Part shown: in pieces, positions 12,240 to 23,679 of the stretch | How the letters are laid out: each line of letters opens with the position of its first letter | Numbering within the stretch: position 1 is the stretch's first letter | Source of the DNA: Dipteris shenzhenensis | Lineage: Eukaryota | Direction: 5' to 3' (one strand) | Assembly (NCBI GenBank): GCA_047967505.1 | Contig: CM106538.1 | Length of the DNA: 64,000 nucleotides | Program-made: the position numbers and the translations under genes | The notes under the pieces: generated by a model | Databases searched by the model: none | Told to the model about the DNA's origin: nothing | Seen by the model: only the letters and a program-made list of their open reading frames with translations

Positions 12240-15200
12240 ATGGCTAGCAAGGGAAAGAGAAAGGTTCGAGAGGTGTCAGTTTATGATGGAGTTAGTTCTG
12301 GAAGGGGATGGTTTTTGGATATATACAATAACGAACTCCAAAAACTCCATAAAGTGCATTGTTTTGTGAACATCCAAGGAAAAACTTTTGAAGATGTTGG
12401 ACAAGTTAAAGAGATGGGGGATACCGAGAAAGACAACGTTCCTTGTCTCAAAATTCATACATTGGGAGGCAATGTGTATCAATTGGATCCTGCTTGTTTT
12501 GATCATGCGAGGATGAATGCTACTGGGGAGGACACGATGATATCTAGGGGTTGGATTAATGAGCCAGAAAATTATACCAACCGACAGATATTAGAAAGCT
12601 TTGATTTGGTAACAAAAGGGATAAAGCAAGATATAAAAAAGAGTAGAAACGTTTCGAAAAGAACCAAGAAAAGTGATGTTGAGGGATCAAGCTCTCAAGT
12701 GTCTCAGAACACATTGAAAGAGAAGGCTAGAGAGACCGGTGAGGAGGAAACAATAGGTGAGAAGGAAATAAGGTCAGATGGAAAAACAAGCATTGGGGAT
12801 AAACTGGAGGCTAAAGATAAAGAGACAACTTTAGGAGGAAAACAGGGAGGTATGGGAATAGTCACTGATGGAACTGGAAGTGGAGGTGATGCAACGGGGA
12901 GTGGTGAGACACATATAATAGGACATGGTGAGAAATCATATGAAGCAACTATCATCCTGTATGAGAAAATCCAGCCAGATGTTGACTTTAAGGCACTACA
13001 AAAGAAATTGGAAAGGAAGGACACAAGTATGACAGGCTTGATGGAGTACGTAGAGTACTTCCCATTTGGTTTGGAGTTTGAGGTGTTGATCCCAGTGATG
13101 AATTGCTTTAGAGCACCAAGCCAATATGTGTACAGGACATCGACCCTCAGCTATGTCAGTGACTTGGTCAAGAGTTTTGCAATGAATGCACGACCTCCTG
13201 CAACATGTGCATATCTTATGCCTTACCACATAGGCACAAATACTCCGATGTGCAAGGAAGAGATAAAGGTGGAAAAGTTAAAGGAGTATAATTATTGGAT
13301 TCTCGCAGGGCAGCATTCGATTTATGCTACAAGGATGTTTATAACTAAAGCACATGGTGAAGCCTTCAATCAATGAAAAGGTTTCTATACACGGAGGAAG
13401 GCGAGAATTGTTGTCAATGCACCAGTTGAAGCAAGTTGTAAGATATCATCAATGGCCAACATGGAGGCACAGACCGTTTTGAAAAATCAACCATATATCG
13501 ATATCTTACAACACCTAAGGGCGCAGTGGATTGCATTCGGCGGATGACCAAAGAAACCAGCCCAAGGCCTTGTCAAAGGGCATAAAGATCGACAAATTTG
13601 GGATGTGAGTAATAAACTTTGCTTTGTATGCATTTTTTATTTCAAGAATGTTTATGGCTTTGTAAAAGAAATGATAGTAGTGTCAATTCCCTGATGTGAG
13701 AATGGCACTAGTGCCATTCTTCTAGTTACCAAGTCATGCTTTTGACATGGTAATGGGAGAATCGCACTAGTGTCATTATTATCTCTATTACATGATTTGG
13801 ATTAGAAGAATGTCTAAGATGATTTTGATTTTTTTATATAGAATTTTGTAGGAGTTGCAAGCGTATCGATGGGCGCAAACTTTGCTACCAAGGACACACA
13901 CATGGCCACATATGATGATGACATCTATGAACAATGGATTAGGATTTTGACATTGGTGAAGCAGGGTGATCTTGAGGGTCGAAATCCCACAATAACATAT
14001 ATGAGGTGTCTGCTAGGATTGGAAGATGAAGATGTACGTGCACTTCAAGCAGAGATTGAGTCTAAAGAAATAGTCTTGGTCAAGTCAAGCAAAGACAAGG
14101 ACTCCATTGAAATGTCTCAATGGGCAATGGAGATTAAGCATGATAGAGCCCTGAAAGAAGCACTCATCAAGGAGTTCAACTCACGTCACCCTTCGCCCCA
14201 ACATCAAACATGGGATGCCCTTGCAACTTACTTCAAAATTGATTCAATTGTTTATCAGAGCTTCAAGGGTTCATGTGAGTCATGGGTCAAAGAGAAGCTA
14301 CAAGTTGGCAAGTCCACACCTGATTTCCCAAAAGCTGCATCAATCTATGTTGATTGGGTGATTAGTTCAATAGAGGGTAACAAGTCTACATCGCAGTCTT
14401 GTTTTCCTTAGACAATTATTCAAGTGAACATGGAGATGGAGGGGGAGAGCTTTCTAACACGTCACTCTAAGGGACAACTTTCAATCAGCTTGTGTGTGCT
14501 TGACACCTCAGAGGGATCTACCAAAGGCATGTGTTGGGATAAGGATGCCTTCAAGAAGTTGCTTTGTGGCTTGATGGAGACCGTTGCCACTCCATCACAG
14601 TATGTATTGCTATCATTTATGACAATGATAGAGATGGTAAATCTCAAGGAAGCAATGATAGAGGCTCGATTTTGGCATAGAAGGTTTGTGGGTGTTATTT
14701 ATGAATCGGATAGTGCACAAAAGGGTTTGTCTGAGACCTTCTGTTTTTTGTCATTTGTGAGCTCACATGATGGGTTTGATGGGATTTGAGCACATGTTAG
14801 AAAACACAAGGCCATACACAATAATTGAGGACAATATTCTTTATTCTGATGAGGATGATGAGTATGAAAAAGAGGCCGTTGTGAAGCATGGCATCATCAA
14901 GGAGTGCATCAGGTGCTATTGTAGTAGGGAACATGAAGTTTTTGTTGACGTCTTTACTAATGGATGTGTGGCATTACAAGCATTGTCAAGCAAAAGAAAA
15001 GTGATCTCACTAGTGAAGACATCCCAACAGGCGACAGAGGTCGAGGCTATGTGTGTGGCACATGCATCAAATAATCCCCATATTAAGATTTGGTCTAGCA
15101 TTGAGAGGCCTCTTGAGACGCATAGAGCTGATTCACCTATCGATGAAGGAATTAAAGAGGGTGAGCATCACATTAAAGACTTGCGACCTTTAACTGAAGC

Positions 15201-15255
15201 AGATCTTGAAGCTATCCCAAAGATTACATTGGAAGATTTGGAGCAAGGTCTTTAG
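12240..15255 (+). pseudogene. Spliced gene with ParB/Srx-like domain (exon 12240-13604) and degenerate beta-class amino-methyltransferase-like domain (exon 13842-~15247); disrupted
   Basis: Frame continues through TGA 13374-76 and TGA 13545-47 to donor GTGAGT at 13605; acceptor AG 13840-41 rejoins in phase 0; in-frame TAG 14409-11; +1 frameshift near 14780. Motifs YWILAGQHSIYA, SLCVLDTSEG..WD, EHEVFVDVFTNG..ALQALSSKRKVI. Confidence 0.7.
13605..13841 (+). other. GT-AG intron carrying copies of the array palindrome
   Basis: GAT|GTGAGT donor, T-rich tract and TAG|AAT acceptor restore the frame (WD|NFVG); perfect 22-bp palindrome AGAATGGCACTAGTGCCATTCT at 13699-13720. Confidence 0.8.
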
Positions 15256-15384
15256 CTACTCATTTATGCCTTGTGTATTCAGTTTCAAAATAATATGACT
15301 TTTATGGATTTTCTCGATTGCACATACTCTCATTATATTAAAGAGATTAAACATTAGGTATGATAAAATTGTGTGACATAATGA

Positions 15385-15910
15385 CATGGGGAATGGTACT
15401 AGTGTCATTGTCCCTATGTCGGGTTATACGTAAGAGGTACTATTAACATTTTATGTGACTTCATATGGAGAATGGCACTAGTGCCATTCTCTCTTTGTGG
15501 TTATGTAGAAATGGTAATACTGTTATGTTCCTTTCTTGAATCTATGTTAGTTGAAAGCATTACAGAGATTAAAAATTGTATAGTATTAACTATGCTACCA
15601 AAGTTTTGATTTGGGTGCTTTCTACAAATCTATTGGACCAAAGTAATACAGTATCTATGCTTTCAGATCATGCATTGTACATTTCTTTTGGGACATGGGG
15701 GGAGGCACTAGTAGTATTCTCTCCTCCTAATGAGGGTATAGAGAAAGGCACTAGTGGCATTCTCCATAACCTTATATGTAAAATGGCACTAGCACCACCC
15801 CAAGAGAAGAATGGCACTATTGCCATTCTCTCTATGAGTTCAGAGAGAAAGGTTGCACTATTTGCATTCTCAATTGACTTTAGAGAGATTGGCACCAGTG
15901 CCATTCCCCA
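15385..15910. repeat. Cluster of about eight degenerate copies of palindrome GAGAATGGCACTAGTGCCATTCTC
   Basis: Perfect 24-bp copy at 15468-15491; variants near 15389, 15700, 15742, 15781, 15806, 15853, 15885. Confidence 0.85.
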
Positions 15911-16075
15911 AAAAGACAATGGAATCAGTGAACGGCGATGGATAATGTCCGTACTTTATTTTTATTTATTAGTTTCATAAGCTTTTGTGCTTCGACATTG
16001 TTGAATACACTCTAAAGAATCAAAATATTTCTATATTCCTCAACTTCCATAGGGACCAATGATGCATGGAAGGAT

Positions 16076-17338
16076 ATGGAGACATCAAATGTAGAGGACA
16101 ACATACCACCCAAAATGGGGACTATCAATTACACGATGGATACAAGAGGTATAGAAGAAAACATAACCCCAAAAATGGAGAAAATTGCAAGGAATATCAC
16201 GAATCCTATACTTTTAGAAGAGAACATGGATGAACGTACTGTCTCAACATTGGGGACAAGACTAGATAATCTTATTGTTGTTGCAAACATGTATGAAATC
16301 ATAGCACCTGACAATTTGGATGAGTCAGAAGCCAGCAACTTCAAGGAGAATTTGGATCTATATCCACATACAATTTCTTTGGATATGCCACGATTAACAA
16401 TCATATTAGACTTGAATGGCCTGTTATTAAGTCGCTGCCTATTCAAGTCTCTAATACATCTGTCTATTATGCACGGCAAAAATAGTTATATGGTTGTTCG
16501 TCCTGGGTGCATAGAATTTCTTAAAATCTTGCTACAAAGATTTAATGTAGGTATTTGGTCAACTACGATGGAGTATAACGTACTTGATATCGTAGGAAAG
16601 CTACAAAATTATGCAAATGAGAGCCTCCCTTTCTTTGTTATATGGTCTCAGCAAGGATGCTACACTTACAGTAAGACGAGGATAAATAGGCCTGACAAGG
16701 TTGGTGTTGAGGCAATGTTCAAACCCTTAGCAAAAATCTCAAAGGAATTTGGATGTGATGCTAGAAGGACAATCCTTGTTGATGACTCCCCATACAAGGC
16801 TTGCATTAGCCCTCCATCAAATTGCATATTTCCTTCAACATTTGATGTACAAGACAAGGATGATAATATTCTACTGAGAGAGTTGATGCCGTACTTACTA
16901 CAACTCGATGAGACTAAAGATGTGCACAGCATGATTGAGACAAATCGGTATGGACAATTACCTGTGATGGAGGGGCATAAGGATTTCAACCTTGTCCACC
17001 AAGTAATTGATGAATGGAGGGAGGCAAATCATGCATGGTCAAGAATGGAATATAAAACAAGAAATCTTCCTCTTGTAGATCAACTAAGAGAGAGGGATAT
17101 AGGTGGTAATATAGAACCAAAGGGTGTACACCCTAAGACAACCCATGGTGGTGATGGCCAGGTGCTTAAACTCAATGCATCCCAAATAAGGCTTTTAAGG
17201 AATGCTCCGCAACTCTCTAGCATGAATGCTATGCAAGTTTCTCAATTGGCTATAGACCTAGGGTACAAAGGTCGCTATATCAAGAAATACATTGCTAAGG
17301 GCTACATAAACCGACTACAGAATGCGTATTTTTCATGA
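16076..17338 (+). CDS. FCP1/SCP-like (NIF) HAD-superfamily phosphatase domain protein; probably an internal exon starting at 16053
   Basis: Intact 420-aa ORF with TIILDLNGLL (motif I variant), VRPGCIEFL, FNVGIWS, MFKPL, TILVDDSPYK; acceptor TTCCATAG ends at 16052. Confidence 0.85.
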   Translation: METSNVEDNIPPKMGTINYTMDTRGIEENITPKMEKIARNITNPILLEENMDERTVSTLGTRLDNLIVVANMYEIIAPDNLDESEASNFKENLDLYPHTISLDMPRLTIILDLNGLLLSRCLFKSLIHLSIMHGKNSYMVVRPGCIEFLKILLQRFNVGIWSTTMEYNVLDIVGKLQNYANESLPFFVIWSQQGCYTYSKTRINRPDKVGVEAMFKPLAKISKEFGCDARRTILVDDSPYKACISPPSNCIFPSTFDVQDKDDNILLRELMPYLLQLDETKDVHSMIETNRYGQLPVMEGHKDFNLVHQVIDEWREANHAWSRMEYKTRNLPLVDQLRERDIGGNIEPKGVHPKTTHGGDGQVLKLNASQIRLLRNAPQLSSMNAMQVSQLAIDLGYKGRYIKKYIAKGYINRLQNAYFS

Positions 17339-17398
17339 AGGTACATATGTCAAAGTGTTTTTTGATTTTATCTCAAGTCTATATAACTGTTGTTGCAG

Positions 17399-17962
17399 CT
17401 AATTGAATTTGTCTTTTGTGATGTAGATAGATATACGTTCAAATCAAGCTTGAGTAGGTACATACCAGAACGAGATCCATTTGGACCACCAAAGTTACCT
17501 GTCCCTATCAACGAAGTGTTCTGGATAAAAAATGTGGCTTTCGAGGTGCATGAGTCAACCATTACAGGTGCTGGCTTGGGCTTGTTTGTGCATGGCTCCA
17601 TAAAGAGAGGGACTACTATTCTCCATTATGGAGGTGACAAGTACTCCTACAGAGACTGGAAGGAATTATGTAGAGTTCATCCAAGGCTAAAGAAGTACTC
17701 TATCCAAGAGGACCCCACTGTCCCTATGAAGAATACGGTGCATATTGTTGGTGATGTTCAATATGGCAATGTGGTAGGATTTATTAACAGCAATAGAAAT
17801 ACCAATGTAAAGCCAAATGTTTGTTATGTATTTTCCCCTGATGTTCCACCTTGGTATGACCCCATGATGAACATAGATATTGCAGAATATGGTCACATTT
17901 GTATTGAATCCATAGATGATATACATGCAGGAGAGGAGCTATTTGCAGACTATGAGTTTTGA
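17399..17962 (+). CDS. Minimal SET-domain lysine methyltransferase-like exon
   Basis: ESTITGAGLGLF, ILHYGG, GFINS..PNV, DIHAGEELFADY; no Cys-rich pre/post-SET; ORF-track start is TTG, but a TTGCAG acceptor ends at 17398. Confidence 0.85.
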   Translation, partial: LIEFVFCDVDRYTFKSSLSRYIPERDPFGPPKLPVPINEVFWIKNVAFEVHESTITGAGLGLFVHGSIKRGTTILHYGGDKYSYRDWKELCRVHPRLKKYSIQEDPTVPMKNTVHIVGDVQYGNVVGFINSNRNTNVKPNVCYVFSPDVPPWYDPMMNIDIAEYGHICIESIDDIHAGEELFADYEF

Positions 17963-18469
17963 ATAACAATATTGTATTTCTTTATACAATCATTACTTAT
18001 GGGAATTACTACTTTCTTGCCAACTATGTAAATTGGTGCGTAATTGTTGTGTGTGAATAATATGCAAACATGTTCATAACTACATTCATAATGTATTTTG
18101 AAGGAGTGTCTCTCATGCCATTCTTTCGGGTGCCATTCTCTTTGGGGCTAGAAATTGAGAGTTTCTTTGGAATCATGATTTATTTCAGGGATTTCAATGG
18201 TGCATCAACAAGTTGTTATGTTTTCATCCTAAAGTGTACTTTTTTACTTTGCAATGAGTAATCAACATCACATGTAAAGTTATCATTTTACAATAATGCT
18301 AGTCAGTCTAAATATTGAAAGTGCACAATAAATGATTGTCATTGCCACCTAAATTACATCAAATGCTTGTCATTGCCCATTGATTTTCCATCAACTACAT
18401 ATCTTGCATTCATTCTCCTCAACTACATATCTTGATTTTCCATCAACTACATATCTTACTAAGTTAAAG

Positions 18470-19242
18470 AGCCTGTGCGTTTTCATTGCAATACTCATGG
18501 TTTGTGGTCATTTGAATATTTGAAGCCTCCATTTGTGTGCAAGTTAAAGGACTGCTACAGGTGTTGCTGTGAATACCATGTGCAGATGTCCTTTCTGAAA
18601 GATGCATTGAACTTGATGCGCAATTAGTATAGCCTTTTGATCATCATCCTCAATAATGGCACCAACTCATTGAAGTTGTTTCAAGAGCACCTGCATACAG
18701 TTCAGAAAGGTTCCCAGATCTTCATTGTCATTCATATGGAGGTTGTAAAGTTGCTGCTTGAGATTTGCTTTGGAATGACACATTTTTGTTTCGAATAGTG
18801 CCTCTAGAATTGCCCAATTTGCTACTGCTGACTTTGTAATCTCAAGATGGTGGAAGTACTCTCCTAGGGCTCATCCCATCATGCCAATTGCTTTATCATT
18901 ATTTTTCTTCCACGATCGTTTCTCTACTTCACCGGTGGTCGGCTCCTTCTCTATTCTAGACACAATCTCCCACAAGCCCTTTTGCATAAACCATAATTTT
19001 GCTGACAGCTGCCCTCAAAGTTTCAGCCAGTAAATCTGACGACGGACGTCTCTGCCTGAGAACACACAGTAGCTAGAACTTCTAAGGGAACTTTTGACCA
19101 AGGATGTATTTTGCTCCTTGGCCTCTTGGTCTTCCACACCAACACATGCCCACCGTTGATATCAAGACTGCCTAAGCTAAATCTTCTAATCTTGCTCATG
19201 AATTCTTCTTCTCTGAATCTTCACAACCACGCTCTGATACCA
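18470..19242 (-). mobile_element. Ty1/copia gag remnant with tRNA-Met PBS
   Basis: PBS TGGTATCAGAGC on minus strand at 19231-19242; minus translation includes MQKGLWEIVS..WKKKNDKAIGMM (copia gag-like). Confidence 0.7.
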
Positions 19243-20249
19243 AATGACTCTTTGAATTCCAACATTTGTTTGCAGAGTCTTTTGGTCTATTGAGTTTGTT
19301 GGCTTACAAGACCAAAAGACTCTACTAACGACTGTACCTTTGATGTGTAGCTGCAACAATAGGAACCTATCTAATGGACCTCGATTTCATGGCTCTATGG
19401 CTCGTGATAATGACAAAAGGGCATATAAAATCATCATGTAGGGCTTTGTAGTCATGAATGATCACTCCCATGCAAACACCGCCTCCATGCAATGTCTAGA
19501 ATTTTCTCTTAAACTGCCAAGTGTCCACAACTCTCCATAATCTCCAATCATGCTTGACCTATTGCATGGTCCAATGACCAAGTGTCTGTGGCACTTATCA
19601 GCCAATCACAAGCCTATCACCAAACCTTAGTCATGACACCACTCCTACGAGGATCACCTCCCCAACAATGTATTGAGTGCCAAAGTTCCAAGAGCCCTAT
19701 GATATGCTACAAACAAAATGATTCAACGGAAAGACATCTACCAAGAATTAACGCATGTTTCAAAAGCTAAAAATGATTAAAAATATAGCCATTCAAAGGT
19801 AGCAACAACTTACTATGTCAACAAAAATTTAGTGCAATTTCCTTATTTAAATCCAATTGCTTTGCCCTATACATCTGTAATACCCATGGATAAAGAAATT
19901 CTTTTTTGTCTTTCCAAATGCAATAAATTTTCCTCTCCAATGCTTTGAAATGCCCTCTAACTATTGTTGGCTTCTCAATGTGGTGCTTCTTGTGAGGGTT
20001 GCATTGTCGCCCATGGGAATAGACCTAACTTCATTGGGATGCAATTGTCAACCTCATTAGAACGTAATTGAGTCAACCTCATTACGAACATGGTGTATAG
20101 TAATTGAATCAAAGCAATACTTCATCCTTCTCATTTTTCACATTTCCAAAACATGGTTTCTATCACCTAGTTTGAATTAAGACATAAAGAGCAAAATAAA
20201 ACACACCCCAAAGGACAAAACTAAGAAATCTCTCCTTGCAACTTTATTT

Positions 20250-20252
<3 letters not shown>

Positions 20253-20306
<54 letters not shown>
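20253..20306. repeat. (TC)n microsatellite
   Basis: Direct reading. Confidence 0.98.
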
Positions 20307-20310
<4 letters not shown>

Positions 20311-20764
20311 ACCTATTTTCACCTTCCTTGTCATTGATTCCGTCTATCCCTCAAGCCTTTCTTATCTCTACTCTTATACTTCTGCCAATGTCTTGCTTCC
20401 ATTTATCCCTCCTCAACCTCCTACCACCATCCCCACCTATGAAAATGGCCCTATCCACTTTGGGGTGGTCCAAACTTACCTTACGCATTCTAACCATGTT
20501 CCATTCTGTCAAGTGGCAAAGGGATTGGTTGTCAAAACATTATATTCTACCAAGATGAGGGAAACATTATATGTACTAAAGCACACACATGCAACTACAA
20601 GATGACTCTACAAACAATTGAGTGTGACAACATTGCCCTAGAATCTAAAAGCATAGACATTTGATGCGACTTTGGTATGGGTAATGGACATGGCTGGCTT
20701 TTGGTACTGCATGAAATAACACTGTGAACACATGGTGATTCTCCTTGGGAATGCCATCAAGAAT

Positions 20765-22140
20765 TCATACCAATTGTGTAGCCTAGAAACATAACGTTGG
20801 GTGTTTGCGTGATGATGGAAGTCACATAGGAGGTTAACACTCAAACTGTACACTAAAACTAGCAAACTAATCTAAAGCAACAAATCTACCCTACAATGTA
20901 AAGCAACATACAACCTAACCTAACCTAAAGAAGACAACAAACGACAACAAAAGAAAATATACAACTCAACTCTCTCTCTCAACATCAACTCTTCTACTCC
21001 ACACCCTCCACTTGAGGTTTATGGGCCTCTAGACACCTCACGGTACTAAGCTTTCGTGCAAGCACTACTCACTCATCGTTGCTTGTTGTGAATGGTAACT
21101 ACTTCTCAAGGATGGCTAGGTACCTTTGCCACACTCAAGCAATCCTAGAAAAGAAGCAAGGTATGCCACCCCAAGAGCATCTATCTCTAGACTACAAAAG
21201 GGGCTATCTCAACCAAGTAATGTAAGCATAAGAACTCTCAACAAGCCTCTCACACTCATGAAAGAATCTCACACTCACAAGCCTTCAAGCTCAAGAGAGT
21301 CACTTGTAACCCTATCTCATGAGTTCAACATATGGGTTTTTATTAATTCCGTTACTTATAGATTTATATATACATAAGGAAATAAATTAAGATCCAAAGG
21401 TTAATATACAAAAGGGAGTTTTATATTTAAAAAGGCCGAGAAGCTCCCAATATGCAACATGCATGTTTGGGTAGAGTAGTTTATGTCAAGGGAAATTTTA
21501 GAATGCTATTGATGGAATTTTCCTTTTGTGATAAGTATGTAGTCTTCTTGCATTTTCTTGAATTCTAGACAATTCTATAAAGTTGTTCTGTCTTTATTAC
21601 TCTCATTGTCCTTCACATTAGGACGCTATGCTTTCTTGCATAAATAGATCTCTAATCTTGATGATTTGACTTTGTCTTTTAGTCTTGTCATTCTCTTTTT
21701 TGGTCTTGGATTGCATTAAATTAGTGGTGAATGATTATTTTTTAAGTTGATCACTCTTATCCTTGGTGCTTTTAGTTCTACTCTGTCTATTTAGCACTAC
21801 CTTTGGGAGTGTAAATAGGCCCCAAATAGGCCAAGATCATTTGGACTAGGATTGCAGATCTACTTCAGAAGATCTTCCTCCTCACTTTTCATCATTACTT
21901 GGGATTATGTGGTCTAGCTCTCCCTTACTTGGCCTCAAATCTTTTATGGGAGTCAAGAATCCTTCTGAAATACCTTCGTGTAGCTCCAAGATGTGTAGTT
22001 TTGAAAGCTTGAGTGTGTCCCTTTTTCTTTGTACACGCCTTTAGATGCTTTAATGGACACTTAATGGGAGATTATAGCCTCGGGGGGGTCACCTTGGAAA
22101 ATGTAAGTCTACCATGAGAGTTCGAAATGTGGGGTAGTAT
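20765..22140 (-). mobile_element. Possible long LTR with degenerate PBS
   Basis: TCATACCA (minus TGGTATGA) next to TG at ~20775; non-coding LTR-like composition; far boundary uncertain. Confidence 0.3.
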
Positions 22141-22389
22141 TATTCTTCAAAATTACATAAATATATTTACAATAGGGATAATTTTATGTACCATTTTTAA
22201 AACATATAGGTAGGCTGAATTATTCCCAAAATCCTAAAAGTCAAAGTTTTGAACTTTTTGCCTTCAAAACACCTACTTAAGCCAACCTTTTGGAATAATC
22301 TTTAAATCGAGAAGGGGTGACCTAGTAAACCTTAATTTCTATATTGCCATCAAAGACATTGAACTCGTGCTGTTGATAACGTGCAATGC

Positions 22390-23050
22390 TAGTAGTGCTA
22401 AGGATCCTTCCTTCTCCATCCGTCTTTGAAGAAAAAATCAATTATCAGCAGGCCAACACATGTCTACATATGGTTAGTCTCTTGCTCCTTTTATATTCCT
22501 CCAGTCAACTCCTTTATGAAAGAAGCAATCATGCAGGTTGCACTATGATGTTCTTGCATCCTCTTGTTCTCCCAATGATGGGAGGTGTCTCAAGATACGG
22601 CCAATCACTGGCATCATATATTGCCAATGTTGTCGATGCAGCTAAGTCCCTCCTCCATGTTGCTACTAAAGGGGAAGACAAAGATATTTTTTTGAAGGTT
22701 GGATTTACCTCCCTAAGCTAACGCTTTAAGAGCAATTCATACAGCCTTTGTTCAAACACTTTGAGTCCTAGTATTGGCCATGTCCACCGATGTAAGATAA
22801 TTGAACGATCACATAGGCATGTCATAGAGAGCATCTAAGGTGTTGAATGTTTGCAGGGACGGATTGCATTTGGCTTCCCAGCCAAACTTATGGTAGCTAG
22901 TGAAATGCAAGGAGTTGGCACGTAATGCCCTCATTTATCAAAGTCTTCCTACATCGATGTTGGCTCCACAGGAATCGCACTGCACAAATTTTTGAAGACA
23001 CTATAATATTTGGCGCTTTAACGGCCTCTAGGTGCTCTAAAACTTACCAG
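22390..23050 (-). mobile_element. Possible highly degraded LINE ORF2 3' remnant
   Basis: Minus-strand fragments loosely resemble post-RT LINE sequence; many stops and frameshifts. Confidence 0.25.
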
Positions 23051-23260
23051 ATAAAGTGTTTAATAATTTCCTACTTGGCAAAATGCCATATTGGTTGTTG
23101 GATCCTCAAAAAGGTGAAGGGAATGGATAGTAGTTGCAAACACTAAGGTTTGTTTTTTGGGGAGGGTTGTCCTTGCTAGTGAGTTGTGGAGCGGAGGGTT
23201 TGAGATGACGAGGCTCTTGTAGTTTTGGTTGTAGAAGGATTTCTTTTGTCTTCTTCTCAT

Positions 23261-23673
23261 GCACATGAAATCTTTAACACACCATTAGGCACCAGTGTTG
23301 AATCAATCCTCCACATCCATAGCATTATTTTATAAGAAAAGGGAGGAACCATATTTTGTACTTAAAATGCCATGCTATGGTATCGTGTGTGTGTCTAAAA
23401 GTATTGGTTTGAGGATGGTATAGGTTCAACTAGATAGCCTTGTGGGATAAGGAACCATGATGGCTTGCTGGTCATATTTTGGGAGCATAAAATGTCATAG
23501 ATAGACATTCATTTGAGGTAAACTCAAGCATATAGAAACAACTATCATAGTTTGGTTGGATTTCTGTAGCTAGCCTTGTGGGATGAGGAACCATGATGAC
23601 TTGCTAGTCATATTTTGGCAGCATAAAATGTCATAGGTAGATGTTCATTTGAGGTTAGCTCAAGCATATAGAA
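23261..23673 (+). repeat. Dispersed ~410-bp repeat with internal ~118-bp tandem units; inverted copy at ~58647-59060
   Basis: GCACATGAAATCTTT..CACCATTAGGCACCAGTGTTGAATCAAT matches the reverse complement of the sequence ending at 59060. Confidence 0.9.
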
Positions 23674-23679
23674 ATAAAT

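Noticed and set aside
15576-15980. 134-aa ORF and its antisense ORF
   Set aside because: Lie in the palindrome-rich probable intron; no domain signal
12240-17962. Bacterial or phage operon / contamination
   Set aside because: Phase-consistent GT-AG introns, CpG depletion and continuity with plant retroelements
12276-17969. Minus-strand ORFs over the gene cluster
   Set aside because: Antisense shadows of the plus-strand exons
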